DNA of 64,000 bases from Thermodesulfobacteriota bacterium. GTDB lineage: Bacteria; Desulfobacterota_D; UBA1144; Nemesobacterales; N074bin48. The position numbers and the translations under genes are program-made. Positions 1 through 9,606 of this stretch are shown piece by piece. Within the stretch, counting starts at the first letter, position 1. The number at the start of each line of letters is the position of its first letter. The notes under the pieces are model-generated. The model was not told where the DNA came from. It saw only the letters and a list, made by a program, of their open reading frames with translations, and did not search any database. Location of the stretch: assembly GCA_041572575.1 (NCBI GenBank), contig JBFFSH010000003.1, positions 1-64,000 of the forward strand, given 5' to 3'.

Positions 1-96
1 CGCTTTACATGCCGGCACTTCCAATACAAACATTTGTATTAGCTTGCTTATCTTACTATTTGATAGTTTTGTATTCTTAAGTAACTTCTTTTGCAT
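1..96 (-). CDS. IS1595-family transposase, N-terminal fragment (partial)
   Basis: Not in the ORF track. My translation MQKKLLKNTKLSNSKISKLIQMFVLEVPACKA matches the KL..K..KL...FVLEV.A..A N-terminus typical of IS1016-group transposases. Confidence 0.7.
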   Translation of the reverse strand, partial: MQKKLLKNTKLSNSKISKLIQMFVLEVPACKA

Positions 97-136
97 AGTT
101 TCAGCTTAGTATACTTTGCTGTCCTATGCGAGCTCC
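1..136 (-). mobile_element. Left end of an IS1595-family (IS1016-like) insertion sequence, running off the window edge
   Basis: Minus strand from 136 reads GGAGCTCGCATAGGAC..., similar to the GG(G/A)GCT ends of IS1016-like elements. It is flanked by the AT-rich 8-mer TTATATAA (137-144, candidate target duplication), is followed by a transposase-like ORF start at 96, and interrupts the ATPase ORF. Confidence 0.7.
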
Positions 137-569
137 TTATATAATTTTCTTCGTCATTATTAGGAAAACCTTCTAATTTTGCTATTTCCTCTGATATTTT
201 TCTACAAATTTGGAACTTCCAAATTAATTGATATCTTAATTTAATGTTTAGTGTATGAAAATATTCATCCGCTAATGTTTCAAGTTCATTGAATTGTACT
301 TGTTCTTCTACTGGTACTATCAAATCACTTAAAAAAGTATCTAGTTTTTCACTTTGTTCCTTTAAAAGTTTAAATAAAGCACTTTTACCCGTACCAAATG
401 ACCCGACAATGATTGCATGTTCATCTTTCAAAAATGATTTAATTGAATCTGTTTGAATGAAACTTTCTTCTATAAGATCATCTCTATGACCGTCTGCATT
501 ACCTAAATCTAGATCATTTAATACATCTATTGGGAAAGGATTCAAAGTTACTGATTTGAGATTAGTCAT
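137..569 (-). pseudogene. P-loop ATPase (Sll1717/FunZ-like), truncated by IS insertion
   Basis: LG.ADG..D...ESFI.T N-terminus and Walker A GSFGTGKS. Native coding stops after about 144 codons and the rest of ORF 48..569 is IS sequence read in frame. Confidence 0.65.
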
Positions 570-962
570 TATAAGTATTAATTGCTATAGCATTTTTAAT
601 GAATTTATACCTGAGAAATATACAATTTAGAAGTAATAATATTAGGTAGTAGCGTACACTTTTATGTATATTAACAATTTACAGTACTTTAATATTATAT
701 ACATAAAGCAGAGACATTTAGAAAACTCAAAAAATCAAAGTTTTGGGGTTAATGGGATTTATTTGAGTTTTTGATTCTAGTCTGGGATTTCGTATACACC
801 CATCTTTATTTTCTTGATTTTGCCGCACTGGGCTAGATTTGAAATTGCTCTCGTTATAGTTGATCTTGGGTGTCCTTCCTCCTGACACAGGGATTGGATT
901 TCTAAAGTCGACCACACTGTTTTCCTTTCCTTCAGCCCCAAAATAAACTCCTGAACAAAAAC

Positions 963-1021
963 GAGATCCTCACATCATGCAACCTTTGATCAATTCTTGC
1001 GGTAGCACGATTCAGGATGAC
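963..1021. repeat. REP-like palindromic element (GAGATCCT...TTCAGGATGAC type), single copy in window
   Basis: Arms GAGATCCT (963-970) and AGGATGAC (1014-1021) resemble the widespread GTCATCCTG/AGATCCT extragenic palindromes. Confidence 0.4.
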
Positions 1022-1163
1022 GGGGTGATGGGACAGTGTTTGCCCATTGGGATGGCTTTTACTTTTTTAATTCACATTAATTTTTTATTGATATAACTTT
1101 GATATCATAGATTATCAATAATTTAATAACTGATAAATTTATGGTAACAGAATAACAGTAGAT

Positions 1164-1364
1164 ATGTGGATCGATGTATTAATAGTTGCTTCCTACTTTG
1201 TGATTATCATGCTTGCAATTACAGCCGTGGCGGTTCCTACTTTTATCAGTAACACAAAGGAATTTCTAAACACAGGCCTTCTTACTATTTCAAATAGAAA
1301 TGTCTTAAACCTGGGGCTCGCCCTAGCCGTCTCATGGATAGCAAGCCATATAATCTTTCATTAA
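1164..1364 (+). CDS. Small membrane protein, two hydrophobic segments
   Basis: 66-aa ORF with two TM-like stretches; shares a TTAA stop overlap with the convergent gene. Confidence 0.55.
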   Translation: MWIDVLIVASYFVIIMLAITAVAVPTFISNTKEFLNTGLLTISNRNVLNLGLALAVSWIASHIIFH

Positions 1365-2083
1365 TCCTCAAAAAGTGAAAGGTGCAGGTCTGTATTAAAA
1401 TCTATGTGTACTGTGGGATTTGTAATCTGTAGTTCCAGTACATGACCACCGGCAGTTTTGTCTTCTGTAATAAAATGAAAATGATATCCGGGGACATTGA
1501 TATTTTTCATATACTTTGGTACCCAAAATCCAACGGCCGTTCCCTTAATATCATTAAAATCAAAAATCTTTTGCTGCTTGACCACTTCTTTTAGTGACGG
1601 ATAGGGTTTTTCCTGCTTGGGAACGCTTCTTGTTTTTATGTACGTATACTGCCCTGTTATCTTTATAGCATAAATAAGGTCTTTTGAGGGAAGAATTTCA
1701 TCAATTGTAGTCCTAAGAAGCTTATAATTAAAATCACCTGTAAGCTTTAAAGACTTATCCGACTCAAAAAAGGTGACCATTGCAAATGGGGTCTTTATTT
1801 TATCATTTGCAGCATTGGACTCTCCCTGGTAATCGACCTGAAAGAATTCTCCGTCAACTGCTACCATCTCTCCATCAAGCCCATCGAATGTACCAATACC
1901 AAAATTTCCATGTTTTTTAAGGTCACCCACAGAGAGCATCCCCTCCATCTCGCCGTCATCCAATTTTCCCAGTGTTGATTCCTGATAAACCAGATCACCG
2001 GAGTGCTGTACGCATGAAAAAGTAATAAGACCTATTAAAATAATTGATAGAAATGTTATGAAATAATTATTAATCTTCTTCAT
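1361..2083 (-). CDS. budA: Alpha-acetolactate decarboxylase with putative lipoprotein signal
   Basis: HGNFGIGTFDGLDGEM, TPFA, TRSVPKQ and GYHFHF...GGH Zn motifs. Start moved to MKKINN (2083), which gives a signal peptide ending LITFS-C. Confidence 0.9.
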   Translation of the reverse strand: MKKINNYFITFLSIILIGLITFSCVQHSGDLVYQESTLGKLDDGEMEGMLSVGDLKKHGNFGIGTFDGLDGEMVAVDGEFFQVDYQGESNAANDKIKTPFAMVTFFESDKSLKLTGDFNYKLLRTTIDEILPSKDLIYAIKITGQYTYIKTRSVPKQEKPYPSLKEVVKQQKIFDFNDIKGTAVGFWVPKYMKNINVPGYHFHFITEDKTAGGHVLELQITNPTVHIDFNTDLHLSLFED

Positions 2084-2606
2084 CCTCAAATAGTTTATAG
2101 TACTCATTTTCTGTGATGATCTCCGAATTGTCTTTGAGCCTGTCCAAAAACACTATACCCTCGATATGATCAAATTCGTGCTGAAAGATTCTTGCAACAA
2201 AGTCTTCCAATATACCCTCAAACTCTTGGCCTTCCCTATCGAAATATCTGATTTTGACTTCTTTGTGTCTAAGCACTGGGGCTCTGATCCCGGGGATACT
2301 AAGACAGCCTTCCCAGCCCTTAACAAGCTCCTCGGAAGTTGAAATAATTTGTGGATTGATTATTGGTACAGGGACCATATCAGGGGCTTGGGGGTATCTC
2401 TCATTTGAATAGGATGAGATTATAAAAATCCTAAGAGACTGCCCGACCTGGGGAGCTGCTATTCCCACTCCGCTTGCTTCCTTTGTAGTAAGTATAAGAT
2501 CATCAATAAGCTGCTGTACTGTTGGATCAGATATATCCTCTACTGCTTTTGCCCTTTCTCTCAGAACAGGATTTCCAAGTTCTACTATTTCGAGTACTTT
2601 TGCCAT
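2070..2606 (-). CDS. def: Peptide deformylase
   Basis: GVGIAAPQVG, EGCLS and QHEFDH motifs; start MAKVLE at 2606. Confidence 0.96.
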   Translation of the reverse strand: MAKVLEIVELGNPVLRERAKAVEDISDPTVQQLIDDLILTTKEASGVGIAAPQVGQSLRIFIISSYSNERYPQAPDMVPVPIINPQIISTSEELVKGWEGCLSIPGIRAPVLRHKEVKIRYFDREGQEFEGILEDFVARIFQHEFDHIEGIVFLDRLKDNSEIITENEYYKLFEDEED

Positions 2607-2752
2607 TTTACTATAAGTTAATGAATTTTTTGAAAAAATAAACCAAGCCAAAAAAACATTGAAAAACTGAGACTTCAATGCAATAATTAAAAAGATTGTT
2701 TTCCCTTTATGAAGTTATATAATTTCATCTTAAAAAGAGGTTTAATAACCAA

Positions 2753-3826
2753 CTGAATATTTTATTAAACACAAAAATCATTTGCATAGTCTGTGTACTG
2801 TTTGTCATTATAAGCGCTAATTTGTCCTTAGCACAGACTTCTATTAAAAAAAATATTTTTTTTGATTATGATGATTCATCTCTGAGACAGGAATCAAAAA
2901 CTACTCTGAATCTTTATATTAAACAATTAAACAATAATCCTGATTTATATATAAGAATTACGGGTTATTCGGACAGCAAGGGCAGTTCTGATTATAATAA
3001 GAAACTCTCACAGAGGAGAGTACAGTCTGTAGTGGGTTATTTGAAAGAGAAGGGAATAGACTCACAGAGGATAAAATCAAGGAGTCTTGGAAGCACCAGC
3101 AGGTTTTCTCAAGGTGAGTCTGAAAAGTCTTTAGAAATGAACAGAAGGGTTGAGATTGTGCTTATTGAAAAAGAGATAAAAGAACCGCAAGCAGTACAGC
3201 CTGGTAAAAAAGAGCAGGCGCAAAAAATACATACAAAAGAAGATACGGTGAACAAAACTACAGAGATAATAAGCCAACAAAGACCTAAAAGCCTTGTTGA
3301 AATTGAAAACGTAGTTACCCATGAGCTTAAAAAAATAGCTGCAGAAAACATTGAGCTGGAAGTACCTGCTCAGATGAGACAGGGCGAGGTAAGCGTAGTC
3401 GATGCCACGATTTCGGAGTTCTTTATCATAAATCTTATAAAAAGACTGAATAACACTACATACCAGAGGATATCACCTGTAGATAATATAGAGTTTAGCA
3501 ACTTTAAGCTCTCTTCTACAAATTTTTTTATTAATAAGATAGAAGGGGAAAAACTTGAGAAATGGTCCTGGGAAGTAACACCAAACGAATCTGGGGTAAA
3601 GAGTATTACGCTTTCAGCTACAATGGACATTGTATCAAACAAATCCCGACAAACCATAAATGTTCCAATTTTTTTAAAAACCGTAGATGTACAGAGCACC
3701 CCCGGCTATTATTTATCAAAAATTATGTCAAGTGGTCTATATATAGTATTCTTAGTTGTACTTGCGCTTGGTATATTTACAATGGTTTCTAAAAAGGATA
3801 ATACAAAGAATATTAAAAAGGACTAA
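2753..3826 (+). CDS. OmpA-family peptidoglycan-binding protein with C-terminal membrane anchor
   Basis: OmpA_C motifs (FFDYD, GYSD..G..YN..LS.RR..SV..YL, NRRVEI) and a C-terminal TM helix. The frame is open upstream of TTG 2822 and encodes a signal peptide from CTG 2753. Confidence 0.85.
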   Translation: MNILLNTKIICIVCVLFVIISANLSLAQTSIKKNIFFDYDDSSLRQESKTTLNLYIKQLNNNPDLYIRITGYSDSKGSSDYNKKLSQRRVQSVVGYLKEKGIDSQRIKSRSLGSTSRFSQGESEKSLEMNRRVEIVLIEKEIKEPQAVQPGKKEQAQKIHTKEDTVNKTTEIISQQRPKSLVEIENVVTHELKKIAAENIELEVPAQMRQGEVSVVDATISEFFIINLIKRLNNTTYQRISPVDNIEFSNFKLSSTNFFINKIEGEKLEKWSWEVTPNESGVKSITLSATMDIVSNKSRQTINVPIFLKTVDVQSTPGYYLSKIMSSGLYIVFLVVLALGIFTMVSKKDNTKNIKKD

Positions 3827-3841
3827 TTTTATAATACTACT

Positions 3842-4546
3842 ATGGGAATGAATTGGCTTGATATAACAGTTATAGCGATATTCGCTGTGTTTGCGATCAC
3901 GGGACTTTTCAGAGGGTTCGTGCGACAAGTGTTTTCGATTCTTGCCATTGGCGGGGGGCTTATAGTAGCTACGATGTTTTTTGATCTCGCCGGTTTCATG
4001 CTTGTACAAAAGGGATTTATACTAAACTCAGCGATAGCAAACGTAATAGGATTTATACTCGTTCTTCTCTTTACATATTTAATAATCCAGATTCTTGGCT
4101 GGGTTGTAACAAAGCTCATAGGCACACTACAGCTAAGCTGGGCGGACAGGATTGGCGGTGGGGTGCTTGGTGGGCTGTTTGGGGTTATTATGAGTATACT
4201 TCTAATAGCGGGGCTTACGTTCTTTTTCGGTGAGGAGGATCCTACATTCAAAAACTCTGTGACTACGCCGTATCTAAAAACAGCCTACCTTCTGATTAAA
4301 GATTCCGTACCGGACGATATTGATAAGGAGTTTCAGCGGGCAAGAAAGCTAATAAGAGCAAAGGGAATTGTACCTGCATCCAAGGTTAAAGAAATTATTG
4401 TTGATGAAACCAAGAATAAAGTAGCAGATAAATCCAATACTGATATTAGACAAAAGACAGATGCCGGTAAGGCACAAGCAACACCTGCTGAACAAAATGA
4501 AAAGAAGGATAAGACAAATACTGAGGAAGATAAAATAGAACAATGA
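3842..4546 (+). CDS. cvpA: CvpA family membrane protein
   Basis: MNWLD...GLFRGFVRQ and DRIGG..LG motifs; charged C-terminal tail. Confidence 0.9.
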   Translation: MGMNWLDITVIAIFAVFAITGLFRGFVRQVFSILAIGGGLIVATMFFDLAGFMLVQKGFILNSAIANVIGFILVLLFTYLIIQILGWVVTKLIGTLQLSWADRIGGGVLGGLFGVIMSILLIAGLTFFFGEEDPTFKNSVTTPYLKTAYLLIKDSVPDDIDKEFQRARKLIRAKGIVPASKVKEIIVDETKNKVADKSNTDIRQKTDAGKAQATPAEQNEKKDKTNTEEDKIEQ

Positions 4547-5553
4547 TAGGAATAGAAACGTTAGACGAATTTGTTATAAGAAGACAGGACAATTTCCCAG
4601 ATGCATCTGGTGAGTTATCAAGACTTCTGAGAGACATAGGACTTGCGGGCAAGATTGTTCAAAGAGAGGTTAATAAAGCGGGTCTTGTGGATATATTGGG
4701 TGATACGGGATCGGTCAATGTTCAGGGTGAAAAAGTAAAAAAACTGGATGTTTTTGCAAACAACAGGTTTATAGCCGCGCTTAAGATGGGTGGAGCATGC
4801 TGCGGTATAGCGTCGGAAGAAAATGAGAATTTCATAATAATAGACGACGAGCTCTCACAGAACGCACATTACGTAGTTGCCCTTGATCCTCTGGATGGGT
4901 CTTCAAACATTGATGTAAATGTTTCAGTTGGAACAATTTTTTGTATATACAAGAGAGTTTCACTCCCCGGAGGTCTTTGTCAGCTTGCAGATTTTCTGCA
5001 GCAAGGCACTCGGCAGGTAGCCGCAGGGTATATACTTTACGGCTCATCGACTATGCTTGTTTATACTACTGGACACGGTGTGAATGGATTTACCCTCGAT
5101 CCTACAATTGGTGAGTTCTGCCTTTCTCATCCCGATATCACAATCCCTAATTCGGGAACTACCTATTCTGTAAATCAGGGCAATTATTCTAAATTTACAA
5201 AAGGCGTACAAAAGTTTATAAGCTACTGCAGCGATGACGATAAAAAAACCAACCGGCCCTATTCCCTTAGATATGTAGGATCTCTTGTAGCCGATATTCA
5301 CAGAAATTTGCTAAAGGGCGGGATATTCATGTATCCCTCAACTTCGTCTCTTCCTAAAGGAAAGCTTAGACTCCTTTATGAATGCAACCCCATGGCCTTT
5401 ATAGTACAACAGGCCGGGGGAAGGGCAATTAATGGGAAAGAGGATGTATTAGGACTAGACCCCAAAGACCTTCATCAGAGAACCCCTATGTATATAGGCT
5501 CGACAGACCTCGTTAATAAGCTTGAAGAATTTATAGATAAAACATCCGAATAA
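4543..5553 (+). CDS. fbp: Class 1 fructose-1,6-bisphosphatase
   Basis: [31 protein letters not shown] and GKLRLLYE motifs. Confidence 0.97.
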   Translation: MIGIETLDEFVIRRQDNFPDASGELSRLLRDIGLAGKIVQREVNKAGLVDILGDTGSVNVQGEKVKKLDVFANNRFIAALKMGGACCGIASEENENFIIIDDELSQNAHYVVALDPLDGSSNIDVNVSVGTIFCIYKRVSLPGGLCQLADFLQQGTRQVAAGYILYGSSTMLVYTTGHGVNGFTLDPTIGEFCLSHPDITIPNSGTTYSVNQGNYSKFTKGVQKFISYCSDDDKKTNRPYSLRYVGSLVADIHRNLLKGGIFMYPSTSSLPKGKLRLLYECNPMAFIVQQAGGRAINGKEDVLGLDPKDLHQRTPMYIGSTDLVNKLEEFIDKTSE

Positions 5554-5570
5554 TATATATCTATTAAGGT

Positions 5571-6629
5571 TTAAGCCACTGTAATTTGGCTATCCAGATA
5601 AACATCCTGAATTGCATTTAGTAAGGCTACCCCGTCTTTCATTGGCTTTTGAAAAGATTTTCTTCCACTTATAAGTCCCATTCCGCCTGCGCGTTTATTT
5701 ATTACAGCCGTAGTTACAGCATCTTTGAGATCACTGCTGCCTGATGCTCCGCCTGAGTTTATAAGACCAGCTCTTCCCATGTAGCAGTTTACAAGCTGAT
5801 ACCTTGTAAGATCAATCGGATGGTCGCTTGTAAGCTTCGAGTATACACTGTCGTGGGTCTTTCCGAATTTGAGCGCAAGATAGCCGCCATTATTCTCGGC
5901 CTGTTTCTGCTTCACAATATCGGCTTCAATAGTTGCAGCTAGATGATTTGCCTGTCCTGTGAGGTCAGAAGATACATGATAATCGGCCTCTTTGGTTTTA
6001 AAAGCAGGGTTTCTAAGGTATGCCCATAGAATTGTTACAAGCCCAAGAGAGTGTGCATAGTGAAATGCCTCAGAGATTTCCTGTATCTGTCTTGTGCTTT
6101 CATCCGAGCCGTAGTAGATAGTAGCTCCCACGCCTGCAGCCCCCATAGCAAAAGCCTGATCAACGTTTGCAAACAGCACCTGATCAAATTTATTTGGATA
6201 TGTGAGAAGCTCATTGTGGTTTAGCTTTACTACAAAAGGTATCTTATGTGCATATTTTCTGGACACTGCACCCAGTACACCAAGAGTACTGGCAACTGCA
6301 TTACAACCGCCTTCTATTGCAAGTTTTACAAGATTTTCAGGGTCGAAATAAATCGGGTTTGGCGCAAATGAAGCGCCGCCGGAATGTTCTATTCCCTGAT
6401 CTACGGGGAGAATTGAGAGATAACCGGTTCGGGCAAGGCGACCTGTATTAAACAGAGACTGGAGATTTCTTAAAACAGCATTAGGCCTGTCATTTTGACT
6501 GAATACTTCATCTATGTAGTTTGGCCCCGGAAGGTAAAGCTTACTTTTAGCAATTGTTTTACATTTATGGTTTAAATAGTAGTCTGCTTCACTACCTAAA
6601 ATACTTATAGTATTTTTTGCTTTTGCCAT
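5571..6629 (-). CDS. fbaB: Class I fructose-bisphosphate aldolase (DhnA/FbaB type)
   Basis: [17 protein letters not shown] (Schiff-base Lys), NSGG and GLISGRK motifs. Confidence 0.97.
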   Translation of the reverse strand: MAKAKNTISILGSEADYYLNHKCKTIAKSKLYLPGPNYIDEVFSQNDRPNAVLRNLQSLFNTGRLARTGYLSILPVDQGIEHSGGASFAPNPIYFDPENLVKLAIEGGCNAVASTLGVLGAVSRKYAHKIPFVVKLNHNELLTYPNKFDQVLFANVDQAFAMGAAGVGATIYYGSDESTRQIQEISEAFHYAHSLGLVTILWAYLRNPAFKTKEADYHVSSDLTGQANHLAATIEADIVKQKQAENNGGYLALKFGKTHDSVYSKLTSDHPIDLTRYQLVNCYMGRAGLINSGGASGSSDLKDAVTTAVINKRAGGMGLISGRKSFQKPMKDGVALLNAIQDVYLDSQITVA

Positions 6630-6646
6630 TTTAGCTTCTCCCTAAT

Positions 6647-7849
6647 TTAATCTGTTTTATCGTTTAAAATTGTTATGCCAGGAAGTTCATCTCCTCCTAA
6701 ATATTCCATAGATGCACCGCCACCTGTGGATACATGGCTTATTTCTGAAATAAGCACTTCTGCCTTTCTAAGCGCAGAGGTAGTATCCCCTCCGCCTACA
6801 ACAGTTGTAGACCCGCGCCATGTGGCAAGTGCAATTGCTCTTGCTATATGAGTAGTTCCCGACGAAAAATCATCAACCTCAAATACTCCCATAGGTCCGC
6901 TCCAGAATATGGTGTGTTTGCGTCTTATATGTGATATAAACTTTGAAGCAGTTTTTGGGCCGATATCAAACCCGTGAAGCTCATCTGGTATATTCTCGTC
7001 CACAACTATTAAATTTTTTCTGTTTTCAAAACTTTCAGCAACTATATGATCTATAGGAAGTACTATTTTATCACCATATTTTTGCAGGGCTTCAGTCACC
7101 CATGGGATCATTTCCTCTTCTGTAACTGAGTTGCCGACATTTATGCCCTTTGCCTTTAAAAAAGTATATGCTACCCCGCCACCAATAATAACCTCATCTG
7201 CCTTTTCCATAAGATTTTTCAGTGCATGTATCTTATCTTTAATCTTTGATCCACCGACTATTACAAGATATGGTCTTTTTGGTGTATTAATAAGCTGTTG
7301 CAAAAACTTTAGTTCTCTGTCTACTACAAAACCGGCTAGCCTCTTATCAAAATGCTGTGCCATTCCAAATGTAGAAGCATGGGCTCTGTGTGAGGTGCCA
7401 AATGCATCATTTACATATATGTCTGCAAGAGAGGCTAATTGTTTGCAAAATTTAGGCTCGTTGTCTCTTTCTTCAATGTGAAACCTAAGATTTTCGAGAA
7501 CCAGTATTTGTCCGTTTTTAAGATCTTTGACTGCTTTTTTTACTTCTCTTCCAACTGCTTTACCTACAAATTTTACGTCTCTTCCCAGTAGTTCAGCAAG
7601 TCTTTCTGCCACAGGTTCAAGTGATAGGCTCGAAATTACATGACCTCTTGGTCTGCCCATATGAGAGGCTACAATAACTTTTGCGCCTCTGTCTACAAGA
7701 TAATCAATAGTGGGTACTGTTCTTCTAATTCTGTAATTTTCGCTTATTTTTCCATCTCTGATAGGTACATTAAAATCCACACGCACAAAGACAGTCTTGC
7801 CTTTTAATTCAGAATCTTCTAAGTCAGAAACTAACAGTTTATCGCTCAA
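6647..7849 (-). CDS. pgk: Phosphoglycerate kinase
   Basis: RVDFNVP, LENLRF, NDAFGTSHR and HVSTGGGAS motifs. Confidence 0.97.
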   Translation of the reverse strand: MSDKLLVSDLEDSELKGKTVFVRVDFNVPIRDGKISENYRIRRTVPTIDYLVDRGAKVIVASHMGRPRGHVISSLSLEPVAERLAELLGRDVKFVGKAVGREVKKAVKDLKNGQILVLENLRFHIEERDNEPKFCKQLASLADIYVNDAFGTSHRAHASTFGMAQHFDKRLAGFVVDRELKFLQQLINTPKRPYLVIVGGSKIKDKIHALKNLMEKADEVIIGGGVAYTFLKAKGINVGNSVTEEEMIPWVTEALQKYGDKIVLPIDHIVAESFENRKNLIVVDENIPDELHGFDIGPKTASKFISHIRRKHTIFWSGPMGVFEVDDFSSGTTHIARAIALATWRGSTTVVGGGDTTSALRKAEVLISEISHVSTGGGASMEYLGGDELPGITILNDKTD

Positions 7850-8853
7850 CGCTTTTTACCTGCAAACTCAATCAGATCGACTACTCTTGATGAATAGCCA
7901 TATTCATTATCATACCATGCTATGACTTTAACTAAATTATTTCCTACCATTGAAGTAAGCAGGGAGTCAAAAGTAGCGGAGTGTGTATCTCCTATAAGAT
8001 CGGAAGATACAAGTGGCTCATCCGAATACCTGAGAAAACCTTTGAGACTTCCTTTTGATGCTTTTTTGAATTCAGCGTTTATCTGCTCTACTGTTGTATT
8101 GCTTTTAAGCTCGGCAACAAAATCAACTACGGACACATCCGGCGTTGGCACTCTCATTGCCACTGCCTGCAGTTTGCCTTTTAATTCTGGAAAAATGACC
8201 TGTATCAAATTTGCTGCGCCGGTACTGGTAGGAATTATTGAAAGAGCAGCCGAACGCGCTCTTCTTAAATCTTTATGAGGCGCATCCAAAATCCTTTGGT
8301 CATTTGTATATGAATGAACTGTGGTCATCTGTCCGCGTTTTATGCCAAATTTATCATGAAGTACTTTTACCACCATACTAAAGCAGTTAGTAGTACAAGA
8401 GGCATTTGAGATTATGTTATGTTTGGAAGGTTTGTAATCCTTGTGATTAACTCCCATTACAACTGAGAAATCTACTTCGCCTTTTGATGGTGCAGTAATA
8501 ATAACCTTTTTAACCGAGCCTCCCATGTGTTTGGAAGCTAACTCTTTACTGGTAAAAATTCCTGTAGATTCCACAACCTGCTGAGTTTTAAGTCCGTTCC
8601 AGTCAATATTATCGGGATCTCTTTCAGAAAATACCCTTATTTTTTTACCATCAATTACTATATAATTTCCGCTTACTTTTACTTCACCGTTATAAGGGCC
8701 GAATACAGAATCGTATTTAAACAGGTGTGCCAGAGTTTTAGCATCTGTAATATCATTTATACCCACAAAATCCAGATTTTTTCTTTGCAGGCCGATTCTT
8801 AGTACGTGTCTTCCTATTCTTCCAAATCCGTTAATTCCTACCTTAATAGGCAT
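7846..8853 (-). CDS. gap: Type I glyceraldehyde-3-phosphate dehydrogenase
   Basis: INGFGRIGR, SNASCTTNC and WYDNE motifs. Confidence 0.98.
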   Translation of the reverse strand: MPIKVGINGFGRIGRHVLRIGLQRKNLDFVGINDITDAKTLAHLFKYDSVFGPYNGEVKVSGNYIVIDGKKIRVFSERDPDNIDWNGLKTQQVVESTGIFTSKELASKHMGGSVKKVIITAPSKGEVDFSVVMGVNHKDYKPSKHNIISNASCTTNCFSMVVKVLHDKFGIKRGQMTTVHSYTNDQRILDAPHKDLRRARSAALSIIPTSTGAANLIQVIFPELKGKLQAVAMRVPTPDVSVVDFVAELKSNTTVEQINAEFKKASKGSLKGFLRYSDEPLVSSDLIGDTHSATFDSLLTSMVGNNLVKVIAWYDNEYGYSSRVVDLIEFAGKKR

Positions 8854-8982
8854 TTAATTCCTCCAATTTGCTGTAAATTTAAGATATTGCTACTGTCAAA
8901 GCCGAAAAACTACCCAAATGTCAATCAGAGTCAAGTTGCTGTATATGCTAGTTTTTTTATTATTAAGTTGATTTCTGATCAA

Positions 8983-9606
8983 TTAATTCGTTCTTACATT
9001 CTGAAGCTTTGTTATAAACTCTTTTATCTCTTTAGACTTAACTTTCATGCTTACTCTGTTTACTATGAGCCGCGCAGTAATGTCGGATATCACATCGATA
9101 GATTCCAGTTTATTTTTCTGAAGGGTTTCACCCGTGGCTGTAAGATCGACAATCACATCAGAAAGTCCTACAATCGGAGCAAGCTCAACAGAGCCATACA
9201 GTTTTACTATTTCAACGGTAATCCCCTGCTGAGCAAAATAGTCACTTGCTATTGCAGGATATTTTGTTGCTACCCTAAGGGACTTTGATTTATCCCGCCC
9301 ATAACCATCGGGAGCTGCTACAATCAATTTGCATTTTCCTATTCTTAAATCTAATGGTTCATATAGATTATACTTTTCTTCCATAAGGGTATCTTTTCCC
9401 ACGATGCCGCAGTCTGCAGCCCCATACTCCACATATGCTGGGACATCTGTAGGACGAACAACCATGGCTTTCATACCAATACTTGGGTATTCAAATACCA
9501 GTTTTCTTGTATTTTTTAGTATGTCATTAATGTTGTAGCCGGCTTTTTTGAATATAGCTGTAGCTTCTTCAAGCAGTCTTCCACGTGAAAATGCAATTGT
9601 GATCAT
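8983..9606 (-). CDS. hisG: ATP phosphoribosyltransferase, short form (HisZ-dependent)
   Basis: DVPAYVEYGAADCGIVGKD, VATKYP and GSVELAP motifs; about 207 aa with no C-terminal regulatory domain. Confidence 0.95.
   Translation of the reverse strand: MITIAFSRGRLLEEATAIFKKAGYNINDILKNTRKLVFEYPSIGMKAMVVRPTDVPAYVEYGAADCGIVGKDTLMEEKYNLYEPLDLRIGKCKLIVAAPDGYGRDKSKSLRVATKYPAIASDYFAQQGITVEIVKLYGSVELAPIVGLSDVIVDLTATGETLQKNKLESIDVISDITARLIVNRVSMKVKSKEIKEFITKLQNVRTN

Noticed and set aside
727..915. 62-aa ORF on the minus strand
   Set aside because: No recognisable motif, and it overlaps a hairpin-rich region that is better explained as non-coding.
9577..9592. parS-like 16-mer TCTTCCACGTGAAAAT
   Set aside because: Three mismatches to TGTTNCACGTGAAACA, including conserved outer positions; it lies in hisG codons (FSRGR) and is a single copy.
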